NCBI RefSeq assembly: GCF_009914755.1
Contig: NC_060926.1
DNA length: 64,000 nt
Direction: 5' to 3' (one strand)
From: the human T2T-CHM13v2.0 reference genome, Homo sapiens
The notes under the pieces were generated by a model, which made no database searches, was not told the DNA's origin, and saw nothing but the letters and a program-made list of their open reading frames with translations. This document shows, in pieces, positions 39,552 to 53,948 of this stretch. Within the stretch, counting starts at the first letter, position 1. Every line of letters starts with the position of its first letter. The translations under genes and the position numbers were made by a program.

Positions 39552-42500
39552 TCATGTATTTCTTTATAACAATGCAAGAACAGCCTAAAGCGAGTTCTCT
39601 TTGGAGGTAGTTTGCATGTTACATTTTAATGCTAATAATGAACATCTTGCATATACCTTGATCCCATATTTTGAAGTGTTTCCATAGGAAAGATTTTTAT
39701 GAACATTTATTAGGTCAAAAGATATGCACATTTTTGTGGTTTTATTTTATCTTTCATGAGGAATGTTGCCTGCACTCAATCTACACCAACATCTTTGGAG
39801 TTTTGGCTTATTTTAGATCTTTGAGCAGATTCAGTTAACTCATTTATTTTATTGTGTTTTGTTTTAGGAGACACTGGTTAGAGTCTGGCCAAATTCCAGT
39901 AAAATAGGAAAATACCAAATCTGAGACAGAAGAGAGTCAGTGTCAAGGTCCCGCATTAATCTACTTATTCCATCTGCAAGGGGCCATTGGGCACTTGGGG
40001 CCTTGACAGTGCTTGGCCCAGTCGGTGCTCAATAACTATGCATTACATTAAAGATAAATGAGAAATCTGAGTTGTACCCCAGCTAAAACCAAAAGGTGAT
40101 GGAATACACAGCGGCTCCAGGAAGTCTGGAGTTATTAGTTGACAGCAGTTCTGCTCCTACAGGTATCTTCTGGGTAGACCCAAAGGCTGGGTAATCTGAA
40201 TGGGCATCTGGCCACAGCTCTGAAGCACTGAAATGTGAAGGTCGAAGCCCATTTAGATCAAGTCACAATGAGCTCACAAATCCATACATCCGTGATACAT
40301 TGTCTGTAAGCAGAGGGAAAATGTATATCCTGCATTAGAACATGTGATGAATCCATCCTACTGTTCATGAGCCAATAGCACCTGTTTTAGGCTTTTTGTT
40401 TTGAAATAATTACAAATTCACAGGAAGTTGAAAACTTACTATAGAGTGATCCTGTGTACCTTTCATTCAATGATTTTTCCCAGTGCTTACATTCTTACAT
40501 AATTATGGTACAACGCCAAACACAGGATCTGACATATCTACCATGTATGTATATAGTTCTGCTACTTTATCACATGTGAATTTGTGCAATCATCACTGCA
40601 GTTAAGATAGAGAACTATTCCATCACCACAGAGATCTTTCTATGCTGCTTTTTAATAGTCACATTCCTTCACCCAACCCACCAACATACACTATCTCTAA
40701 ACCCTGGCAACAACTAATGTTTCCCATATCCATAATTTTGTCATTGTGAGAATGTTATATACATAGAATTATATAGTGTGTGACTTTTGAGATTTACTTT
40801 TTAACCTCAGCGTAAGGCTCCTGAGATCTGTCCAAGTTGATGCATGTATACATAATTACTTCACCTTTGTATTCCTAAGTAGTATTTCATGGTATGCTTG
40901 GTAAACTATGGTAAACAAAATACCACATTTTGTTTAACAATTCAGATTTCTCATTTATTTTTAATGTAATCAAAGGACTTTGGGGGATGTTTCTTAGTTT
41001 GGGCTATTACAGACTAAACTGAAGGACTTTTGAGCTGTTTCTCAGTTTGGACTATTACAGAAAAAGCTGCTGTGGACAATCTTGTTCAGATTTTTGTGCC
41101 AAAATAAGTTTTCCTTTCTCAAGAATAAATACCCATGAGTGCAACTGCTGAGTCAAATGGTAATTGCATGTTTGGTGTTATTTTTAAAAAGCCAATTTTT
41201 TATCTAGAGTTACTGCATCATTTTACATTCCTACCAGCCATGTAGGAAACATTCTGTTTCTCTATATCCTTATCAGCACTTGGTATTATCACCCTTTTTA
41301 ATTTTATGTGTTTTAATAGGTGTGTAATAATATCATGGTCTTGGTTTGCATTTGTCTAATGGCAATTGTTCAGAAGATGTTCTAAAGATGCAGATCATCT
41401 TTTCATATGCTTATCTGCCATCCTTATACTCCCCTCAATGACAGATACCTTCATATTTCTTGCCCATTTTCTCCCTGGATTGGGCTTGTTTGTTGTTTTT
41501 TTTTTTTTTTTTGCCATTGTGTTTTGAGAGTTCCTATTATATTCTTGATATGATTGCCTTTGTCAAATATGTGGCTTTCACACATTTTCACCCAGTCTGT
41601 AGCTTTCCTTTTTATCTTCTTTACAGGATCTTTCACCGAAAAGATAATTTTGATTTTGATAAAGTCAAACTATTTTCTCTTTTATGGATCATGCATTTGG
41701 TGTCATGTCTAAGAATGCTTCACCATGCTGTAAATCTTGAAGATTTTTCCTACATTACCTTTTAAAAGATTTGTAGTTTTATAATTAATATTTAAATTTA
41801 TGATCCATTTTAAGTTAATTATAGTAGGTTATAAGGTTTAAATCAAGGTTTAGTTTTTAACCTATAGATGTTCAATTGCTCCAGCACCATTTATTGCAAA
41901 GACTATTCTTCCTCCATTGAATTCTTTTTACCTTCATCAAAAATTAGTTGGCCATACTTGTGAAAACCTACTTTTAAATTCTCTATTCAGTTTCATTGAT
42001 CTTTATTCCATTATACTCCATCAATACCACACAGTTTTGGTTAGTGTACCTTGATAAATCTTGAAAATTTGAAAAGCACTTTCTCCAACTTTATTCTTCT
42101 CTTTCAGAACTATTTTAGCTATTCTAGTGCCTTTGTAGTTCCATATAAATTTTGGAATAATCACCTCTATGTCAACAAAAAATCTTGCTTGAATTATGAT
42201 AGGAATTACATTAAAATGGTGTGTCAATTTGAGGAGATTTGACAATTCACTATGTTAAGGTTTCCAATTCATGAACGTCATATGTCTCTTCATTTATTTA
42301 GGTATTTTTATGTCTTTAATTAGAATTTTATAGTTTTAGCACATAATTTCTTTGCATATTTTGTTAGATTGACACCTGAGTATTTTATCATCTTTGAGTA
42401 ATTGTAAGCAGTATTGCAATTTTAATTTTCACAATTTCATTGCTAGTATGTAGCAATACAATTAATTTTTGTATGTTGATTTTATATCATGTGACATTGC

Positions 42501-43060
42501 TGAAATCACATATTAGTTTTAATAGTTTTTACAGATGACTTGGGATTTTCTCTGTAGACCATACTGTCATGTGCAAATAAAATCAGTTTTGTTTCATCAT
42601 TTCTAGTCTATATGCCTTTTATCTCTTTCTTGCCTTATTTCACTAGCTAGAGTTTCCAGTACCATGTTGAATAGCAGTGGTGAGGGTGGACATCCTTTGC
42701 TTTTTTGTAGTCTTAGGGGCAAAGTATTCAGTCCTTCATCATTTAGGTATAATGTTTGCCATAGGTTTTTGTTGATGCTCTTTAGCCAGTAGAGAAATTC
42801 TCCTCTATTTCTAGTTTTCTGAAACTTAGAAACTTAAAAAAATAATGAATGATTATTCATTAGGAAAACGCTCCTTCTGCATCCTTTGATTTAATCATCT
42901 GATTTCTCTTCTGTAGTTGTTAACATTAACTACATTAACTGATTTTCAAAAGTATTGAATATACCTTCCATCCCTGGAATGAGCCTCACTTAGCTATGTT
43001 TTTAGTTTTTTTAAATATATCGTGAAATTCTACTTGCTAATATTTTGTTAAGAGTTTTTG

Positions 43061-44030
43061 CAAAAAAGAAACTGTCATCAGACTGAACAGACAACCTACA
43101 GAATGAAAGAAAAAATTTGCAATCTATCCATCTAATAAAAGCCTAATATCCAGAATCTATGATAAACTTAAACATATTTATAAGGAAAAACAACTCCATT
43201 AAAAAGTGGACAAAGGGCATGAACAGACACTTCTCAAAAGAAGACATTTGTGTGGCCGACGAACATGAAAAAAAGCTCAACATCACTCATCATTAGAGAA
43301 ATGCAAGTCAAAACCACAATGAGATACCATACCAGTCAGAATGGCAATTATTAAAAAGCCAAGAAACAAGAGATGCTGGTGAGGCTGCAGAGAAATAGCA
43401 ATGCTTTTATACTGTTGGTAGCAATGTAAATTAGTTCAACCATTGTGGAAGACAGTGTGGTGATTCCTCAAAGACCTAGAACCAGAAATACCATTTGACC
43501 CAGCAATCCCATTACTGAGTATATACCTAAAGGAATGCAAATCATTCTATTATAAAGATACATGCATGCATATGTTCACTGCAGCACTATTCACAATAGC
43601 AAAGACATGGAATCAATCCAAATGCCCAAGAACGATAGACCGGATAAAGAAAATGTGGTACATATACATCATGGAATACTATGCAGCCATAAAAAGGAAT
43701 GAATTCCTGTCCTTTGGAGGGACATGGATGGAGATGGAAGCCATTATCCTCAGCAAACTAACACAGGACAGAAAATCAGACACCATGTATTCTCACTTAT
43801 AAGTGGGAGCTGAACAATGTGAACATATAGATACAGGGAGGGAACAACATGCACTTGTGCCTGTGGCAGGGTGAGAGGAAGAAGAGCATCAGGAAAAATA
43901 GCTGATGCTTGCTGGACTTAATAACTATGCAATGGGTTTATAGGAGCAGCATATCACCATGGCACATGTTTACCAATGTAATGAACCTGCACATCCTGCA
44001 TATGTACCCCAGAACTTAAAATAAATAAGT
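43061..44030 (+). mobile_element. L1P 3' end (older L1PA-type), 5'-truncated
   Basis: ORF 43566-43802 (MFTAALFTIAKTWNQSKCP...IKKMWYIYIMEYYAAIK) is the L1 ORF2 C-terminus; 3' UTR ends gtaccccagaacttaaaataaa. Confidence 0.93.
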
Positions 44031-46290
44031 AAATAATTTTTGAATCTATATTCCTGAGGGACATTAGTTGGTAGGTTTCATTTTTTATACTGTCATTGTC
44101 TGGTTTTTGGTATCAAGATAATCCTGGTTGGCTTTGTAAGATAAGCGGGAAGTATTGCTTCCTCTTCGATTTTGTGTAAAATTAGTGTGTGTGTGTTTTT
44201 TTTTTTAACTTTCAGTAGAATTCACCAGTGAAGGCATCTAGGCCTTGTAATTTGTTTTTAGAAGGTTTTAAATTATGAGCTCTTCTTTAATAGTTATAGG
44301 GCTATTCAAATGATTGGTTTCTTATTGAAAGAGTTGTGGTAGCTTTACTTTTCAATGAATTGTTATATTTTATCTAATTTATCAAGTTTACATGTGCAGA
44401 ATTTTCCATAATATTCACTTATTATACTTTTGCTGTCATCAGGGTCTGTAATGATGTACCTTGCTTTATTATGCATATTCATAATTTGTGTCTTTTCTCT
44501 TGTTTTCTTTGTCAGCCTTGATAGGGAAATATAAATTGTACTGATCATCTTAAAGAACCAACTTCTTATTTCATAATTTTCTCTACTTTTCAGTTTTGTG
44601 CATCTGCTTTCTACATTGTATTTTTGTTTTCAATATCATTGATTTCTAATGTTATCTTTATTACTTTCTTCTGTTTGCCTTGATTTTCTTTTCGGTTTGG
44701 TTCTTTTGGCCTTGGTTTCCTGATTTGGGAGCTTAGATTACTGATTTTAAATGTTCTCTTCTTTAATGCAAGCCTTAGGATCACCATTTTTTCTCTTATT
44801 ACTTTTTTAGCTGCATGTCAGAAATTTTGGTATCTTCTATTTTTATTTTAATTCAGCTCTTTGTATTATTTTATTTTCCTTGAGACTTCTCTTTTCTGCA
44901 TAGGGATTATTTAGAAGTCAATTATTTAATTTCTCAGGTTTGGGAAATTATCCTGCTGGATTTCTGTTATTGACTTCTTGTTTGATCCCACTATAGTCGG
45001 ACAACACGCTCTGAGTAATTTTGAGTTTTAAAAATTTATTGTGGTTTGTTTTGTGGTCCAGAATTTGGTCTATCTTTGTTTATGCTCTACGGGTACTTGG
45101 AATGAATGTGTAGTCTGCAGTAGTAGTTGCATGGAATGTTCTATAAATATCAATTAGATACTAATTGTTGGTGATGTTGTTGGGTTTTATATCCTTGCTG
45201 ATTTTCTGTCTAGTTGTTCTATTGATTATTGAGTGAGGGTTGTTGAATTCTTTCGTTGTGGATTCATCTATTTCTATTTTCAATTCTGTTACTGTTTGCT
45301 GCAAATTATTTTACAGTGTTTTTGTATGGCACATGCACGTTAAGGTTTTTTTTCTTCTTGGTGGATTGGCCCTTTCGTGATTATGAACTGTTCCTCTTTA
45401 TATATGGTAATTTGTTTTGATGTTTATTTTATTTGATATTGATATAACCACCTCTGCACTCTTTTGATTAATGTTTCCCTGGTATATCTTATTTTAAACT
45501 TTTTTATTCAACTTATCTTTATTATTATATTGAAGTGACTTTCTTGTAGAAATTATATAGTTAGATCATCTTTTGTTTGGCTATAAAAATCTACTTTGCC
45601 ATTCTCTGTCTTTTGTTTTCAGACCATTTACAGTTAATGAAATGATCAATTTGTTTTGTTTTTTCATTTCTTCATTTTTGTTTTTCTACCTTCCAGTAGG
45701 TTTCTTGAATATATTTTAAATTTCAATTTATCGGTAGTGATAGTAACTGTATCTCTATTTAAAGTGCTTTTAATAGTCACTGTAATTATAACCATATATA
45801 TAAAATTTTACTAGTCTGAGCGAAGTATAATACTCTTATCCCCTTTAACCTCCATTTACCCTCCCTCGTTTATAATAAGGATCTTAAATATTTTCTCTAC
45901 ATAGATTGTTCAATTGTCATACATAATTTAGAAAATTCCAGAAGAGAAAGGAATTCTATTACACTTTACCCATGTTTTAGTTTTCTTTTTGATGTTCCAA
46001 GATTCTTTCTCTTAATATATTCTTTTTCTTTAGAGAACTTCTTTTAACTATTATTTAGAGTAGGTGCACTGGTGATAAATTTTCTTATTCTTTGAGAATG
46101 TTTTGATTTTCCTGAATTCCTGAAGGATATTTTCAATTAATATAGAATTACAGTTTAACAGTTTTTCAGTACTTGGGAAATTGCATGCCATTTCCTTCAT
46201 ACCTTTTTTAAAAATTTTTTTAACTCTTGTGGGTACACAGTAGTACCATTTCCTTTTGGTCTCCATAGTTTCTGATAGAAATTTACCAAG

Positions 46291-46661
<371 letters not shown>

Positions 46662-47829
46662 TTATTTATTTAATTTTTTACTTTAGTTTTCAAAGGTTAA
46701 TTTTGATGATGTGTTTGGGTGTGGATTTCTTTGTGTTTATCTTGTTTGTTATTGCTCATCTTCTTGAATTTATACATTTATGTTTATTTGTAAATTTGGA
46801 AAGCTTTCAGTCATTATTTCTTTGACTACTCTACCTGCTCCATGAATATTTGATCTTCTGTTATAATCACACGTATCTCTGAGGTGCTCTCTCTCTACTG
46901 TGTTTTTCTGTTGTTGGGTTGGGTAATTTGTGTTGTACTACATTCAAATTCACTGATGCTTTCTTCCCTAGGGTGCTGATGAGCCTGTACAGTGAGTTTT
47001 GTTTTTCTCTTCGTTTTTGGCTAATGCTAAAGCATTTTCTTTTAATTCTATAATTTCAATTTAGTTCCTATCTTCCATTTATTTGATAACTTTCTATATT
47101 TTTATTTAATTGTGTTTGTGTTTGATCATTGAAACATTTTTATAATGGCTGTTTTAAAATCCTGATCAGATTATTCTAATATCTGTGTCATCATGGTTTT
47201 GCTGTCTAATAATTGTCTTTTTTCATTCAATCTGAGATCTTCTTGGTTCTTAGTATGATAAATAATATTTTATTGACATGTGGACATTCGGGGAATTATG
47301 GTTTGAGACTTAGGATTTTATTTAAATCTTGTCTGTCGGTGGGCCTCCTCTTATAGTACTCTGGCTGGTGAAAGGGGATCTCTCTCATTACAGTGAGGTG
47401 AAGTTGACACTCAATGTTGCTGTTGGGTGAGGATGGAGGCTTATTCTCTCCACTTGGCCTCTGCTGATACCACCCTGGCTGGAAGGATGAGAGGCACATT
47501 ATTGCTCCTCCTTATGCAGCCTCTACCAACACAGTATGTGTGGAGTGGCCTGTTTAATTCTGGGTGACGGGGAAAGTCCGGACTCTTCACTAGGCTCGGA
47601 TGAGTCTACTCTAGGGAGAGGGGAAGGATGTCTCATTGCTGATGGGGGTGAGATTTCAGGTTCCTCAAGTGGTTCACATTTACCCCCAAATGTCTGTAGA
47701 ATAGGGATCACAATAAGATTGTGTTCATTTTAGATAAAAATAAAATATTGGTATTGGCGGTGAAAATTAGGTGTTTATTGTAAGAAAGCTAAGTGATTTA
47801 TCAGAGTCTCACTATATACAGGACATTCA

Positions 47830-48200
47830 AAACATGGCTCATACAAAGTCTGTTCCCCTAAATTTACTATCCATGGTCCATCCTAATCTGTGTCCAATAT
47901 AGCTTTCCTACTCTCCTCTACTCCTCCTCATTACTCACCCTGCACTCCAACCAAATCAGTGGTTTATGGATATCCACTCACATCTAACATGTGCCCTCTC
48001 TTTCCTGACACTGCTTTCCTCTGCCTAGAAAATGCTCTCGTCTCTTCGACTACTTTTAACACACTACAAGCCTTGTTTGAATACCCCTTCACTCAAAAGT
48101 CTTGCTCAACCACAGAAAGCTTTCACTCTTCCAAAACCTGAAGTCATTATTAGCATATTCTAGCAAGTCCCATGATGTATTGCAGGTGTTTTTGTTTGTT
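47830..48200 (+). mobile_element. L2 LINE fragment
   Basis: ccctgcactccaacca...ttcctctgcctagaaaatgctct. Confidence 0.55.
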
Positions 48201-48843
48201 TGTTTGTATGTGTCCTGGTACCCAGATTATCTTGTAAAACCTTTGAGGAAATGCTGGGAGAGTATGTTGCTCAGAAAAAGCTTCTTTAATTACTCGTTTT
48301 TTTTTTTTTTTTTTTTTTTGCCATTTGAATGATGGTGAGGAATTAAAGAAAACCAAATTAGGAGGCGATGGACCAAAAAAAAGAGAAATGATCAGATAAT
48401 TACTGAAAATTATTTCTAAAACTGTAGGCATTAGTGAAAATAATGCAAAAAGAAAATTGTATAGGTACTTGGTAAACATAAAGATATCCCAAAGTTTATT
48501 TTTTATACAATTACAAAGAAGTAGTCACTGTAAGACAGAGTTTTCATTCACTTCATTATTTCTACTATTATTTACCAAACAGTAACGTCTGATCGAAATC
48601 TAATGAATCAAAATAAAGAAAATCATAATATTATTTTATAATTATATTTTAGATGTTAATTTATGTCTCATCACTTGTAAAAATGATTTCTTGCACTTTG
48701 ACATATTGAGTAGTTTTGGTGGAGTTTCTCGTTTTGTTTTCCATTTCTTCATTCGATTATTTACTTACATTATGTGTGGAAATGTCCCACAAGAGCTGCA
48801 TATTCTTAAAATTGTTAAGAAGGTATTTGAATTTGAAATGTAA

Positions 48844-49172
<329 letters not shown>

Positions 49173-49179
49173 GGAGAAA

Positions 49180-49570
49180 GTCCACACTCTCATTAATGCC
49201 CTAGGTTTTTTCTAGCTTTGTGCTTTATCATCCTAAATATCTGGTTTTGCCTGTCTGATTGCTTCTTGATCAGAAAAGCCATGCTCTGTCTCCAACCTCA
49301 GCCCTCATTCCAGGAAGAAAGAATATAAAAGTTACCCAAAAAAGAGGTAGCCGTCTTTTGCAGAAAAGCAAACTTTCCCAGAAATTCCCAGCTGACTTAC
49401 ATTTGCATCTCCTCGGCCATTGTGTGGCCCAAGCTGTAAAGAAAGGGTGACAAATGTTCTGCTTTTACTCTCCTATCCCAGCACATTGCCACCCTGAGAA
49501 ACATCAGTGCTGAGTCTGTGAAGAAGGGGAGAATAGATTTGGGGTAGGGAATTAGTAATGTTTGCCACAC
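49180..49570. mobile_element. MLT1 (MaLR) LTR fragment, old
   Basis: aaaagcaaactttcccagaaattcccagctgacttac...gcacattgccaccctga. Confidence 0.6.
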
Positions 49571-49887
49571 TAGGTTAGAGCTCTCTTCTTATGAGCAGAT
49601 AATTTACTTAGTCCTTAAAAAGTTAAGTTCACAGGGCCCTGGAGCAAAGGTAAAAATGCTTCAAGAGGAGGAGCCATTCTGAAACAGTTTGAGACTCAGC
49701 TGAGTAACCCCAGGGCCCATGAGGGCTTCTGTTCTGCATGCCTCCTTCTGACAGGGCCCTTGGTTCTTGTTGACTTCCGCTTGTTCTTGGTCATCATCCT
49801 GACGTCTGCATTGCCTTTTCATGTTAACCACCAGGATAAAAGTCATAATTTCCATCTGTGGTTTGTTGCCACATTTCAAAAAAATAG

Positions 49888-50022
49888 TGTTTTTAATTTT
49901 TGTGTATACACAGTAGGCATATCTATTTTTGGGGTACATGGAATATCTTGATACAGGCATACAATGTGTGATAATCACATCAGCGTAAATGGGGTATCCA
50001 TCACCTCAAGCATTTATCCTTT
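49888..50022 (-). mobile_element. L1MA 3' end fragment
   Basis: gatacaggcatacaatgtgtgataatcacatcagcgtaaatggggtatccatcacctcaagcatttatcct. Confidence 0.85.
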
Positions 50023-52127
50023 AATTCAGGAACCTTCTCTTTTATTTCAGAAGTGTCTAATATCCTCATTATGGATATACTGTGTAAGAAATTACTTATA
50101 CATTACTAGTATAAAAGGACTGCCTTATAAGGAATTGGGTTTTTTACCACCCATTCAACACTAAACAGTCCCCCTTCACTACCTACCATTACATGCAAAC
50201 AAATTTTCACTGTAGTGAATGCATTTTAAGATAACCACAGATGAGAGTGAGAAAGACAAAATCAGAAAATACAATCAACCTTTGCTCTGTTTGAACCATT
50301 TAAAGTTACGTGGTTGTAGTTGATAACTTACTTGGGTTAAAAATGTATCCTTTTGTCAGCACTGTAGCTTTTGTTAATTTTTTTTTTCTTAAGAGGAGAA
50401 AAAGTTTCTCAACTTAGTATAGCAAAACCCTTTTCTAAAGGGCCTATAAATAATTTTGAGTCCCTGGTGCTGCCTGGAAATGCAGCTCTTCTGAGCTGCA
50501 ATGTCGGCTATTTCTCTGAAACTGGAGTAGTCATTCAAAAATAGTTTCACTCAATTTAACTGCCTATTGAACCCTGTAAATTACAGATATTAAGCCTTTG
50601 GTTTCACAACAAACTTAATGAACAGTTCTGACAATCTATAAGCAAGGCCACTGGAAATTCATGGGCCAGATGGAATCACAGATTACACCATTTTCCTACT
50701 GGCCTGCAATTTTCTGGCACCTGGATCTACATTCCAGGGATACATATTATGTCTGGTGCAATAGTCCCTGCCCCTAATAACTGAATTTGTGTTTTAGAAA
50801 GCTCAATCCTAGCAGAGAAAAGACTTCAAACTTTCAATCCTGATTCTTTGAGATATCAGGACAGAGCCCAACCTATTGATACTTAGAATGCAAGGTGCTA
50901 TAAGGGACCCTTTAAGACGAAATTCTTCTAGAACAGGGAGGGACTACGGGAACAGGCAGGGGAAGCAAGAGTAATGGAATAAAGAAAGAAATCTTATCAG
51001 GTGTGGGATAAGGAAGAAATTACATAAACTGGCAAAGGAAGAAAAGAAGAGAGCTTGAAATTCAGGACATTCCCCTGAGAATCTCAATTATTTGTGGGAA
51101 AATTAGCACTGGCGATGTATATTTTGCTATAAAGATTCCACGTATCTGCTCTAGAGTGATTCTAAGGGGAATGCGCTTCATCACTGAGAGATTCCTTTTC
51201 ACATCCTGAAAAATGGCCAAGTGTCAGTGACATGATTGGGTGTGAGGGAATCAGACTGTGTGAATCAATTTCCTCATTCAGAACGTTCATAAACTGCAGC
51301 CCCTGTGCTCCAGCATGCTATGAATTTCCTGTTTTCAAAGAACATGTATCACTCTTCCCCCCACCTTTATATTTATCATGCTATATTCTAATTGTTTATT
51401 TATTTACCAATTTGTTTTTCTCAGAGTAGGTAATGTGGTCATTGAGGAAGAGATTCATCTTATTTACCTCCATGTCTCTTGTGTCAATAGGAGGCCTGAA
51501 AAACAGTCAAATCTTGGCTGACAATATGCATGCTCCAATTTCCTGGGGCAAATTCAATGATTTAAACATGGATTTTTATTTGAAGTGGAGAAGGGCATCC
51601 TAGGGAGAAGCCAAAACCTGACTTGAAACAAACATATGAAAGGTAAAGCATAACGCCTGTATAGTCAGCAGCACTGAGCACTCTTCTTGAGGAAATCTGC
51701 GGATGTGATTTCATCTCGATGCTTCTCACTTGACCCACTGTGGATATCAAGAAAGATGGTTTCTCTGGCAGGAAGCAGGGGCTCTGTCTCCTGAGTGCTC
51801 ACGGGATAGAATGCCTTTGGTGGAAAGCAGAGGACATTTCATTGGCATTATACATTCCACACAGAACTTGTTATTAAAAAAACAACAACAACAATGATAG
51901 AATAGGTAGATATCAGGGGCTGAAAGGTCCCAGAGAATTGGCAGTGCAACTTATTTTACAGTTGTGGAGGTGAAGTCCATCTGAGAGAAGGAAGTCACCT
52001 GCAGGAGGTGGCTGGGTCACCACATGATTACTTTTATGCTGTGCAACATAGGGTCCCTGTTCCCCCTGGAATACCAAAAATTGACGAATGCCTTATGAGG
52101 ACATTTTTCTTATTTTTAAAAACATCT

Positions 52128-52450
<323 letters not shown>

Positions 52451-52739
52451 TTAGATTTTTGTTATCCATTGAATTGCCAAAATCATAAAAATTAAGTTGT
52501 TTTATAGGTGAGGAGGAGATAATATTTCTTTATTTTTGGCTGAAATGATGGTGACAGTTTAGTCAAATTTGTTATTTGTTGATAGATTGCTAGGAAGACA
52601 TGTGCCAATAACACCCAAACTATGACAAATGCTGTGCATTGTTTAGTAACCATACTTTGTTTTGGTTTTTAGGTGATCTTTAAAATATTGTTGAAGTGCC
52701 TGAAAAAGTGTGTTTAGTGGGGGGAGACAGAGAACTGTA

Positions 52740-53092
52740 TCTGAGAGAGGATGCTCACCAAATATTCCATGTTCTTCCCCGACACATCCTGAGCTCCTGA
52801 ATGTTAGGCAGGGCCAAGTCACTACAGCTTTCCTATAAAATGTGAGCAAAACTAATGTGCATCATTTCTGGTCTGAGGTGGTAGAAAACTCTTACGCAAT
52901 TTGCTCACTTTTCTCTGCTACAAGGACAAATGCATTTGCCAGACAGAGGATGCTTGTCTTCATCTCCCTCAGCACCCCCTGCCAACCCTTTTAGCACAAA
53001 GAGCATGAGGAAGAAATAAACTCATCTGCTGCTTATTACAGAAAAATGAGGTCATTTGTTACTTTCGCATACACTAAACTAGCCTGACTAGG
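52740..53092. mobile_element. MLT1 (MaLR) LTR, old
   Basis: aatgtgagcaaaactaatgtgcatcatttctgg...gagcatgaggaagaaataaact...tttgttact. Confidence 0.6.
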
Positions 53093-53544
53093 TCAAGATC
53101 TAACATTTCTCTGATACCTACTTACCCTGTCAGGTGCTTTTGAATCACAGTTTCGCTTAATTCTTACAAAAGTCTATGATGGAGCTGAGATCTCTACTAT
53201 ATAGATGGTACAGTTGGGGGAAGAGCTGAGACTCAGTAAGCCTCCATCCATTTCTAAGGCCCCACATTTAATAACTAGCTGCACAATTGGACTGGAATCC
53301 AATCCTTCCTGGTCCCACTGCCTATGCACTCCCCACTGTACCATGTCACCAGATGAGCAGTTAAAATCTTGTGATAGTAACAGAGTCCTCCTGAGTTCAA
53401 ATCCACCTGCTCCATGATTTTTCGCACTCTGAACCAACTATATCTTTTGGTTAATGCAGGTTCCAAAGGAATCCACTATGGTCATCACAACCACTGCCAT
53501 CACAGTACATGCAATATTATTTTTATTTCCTAAAAATAACAAAT

Positions 53545-53948
<404 letters not shown>

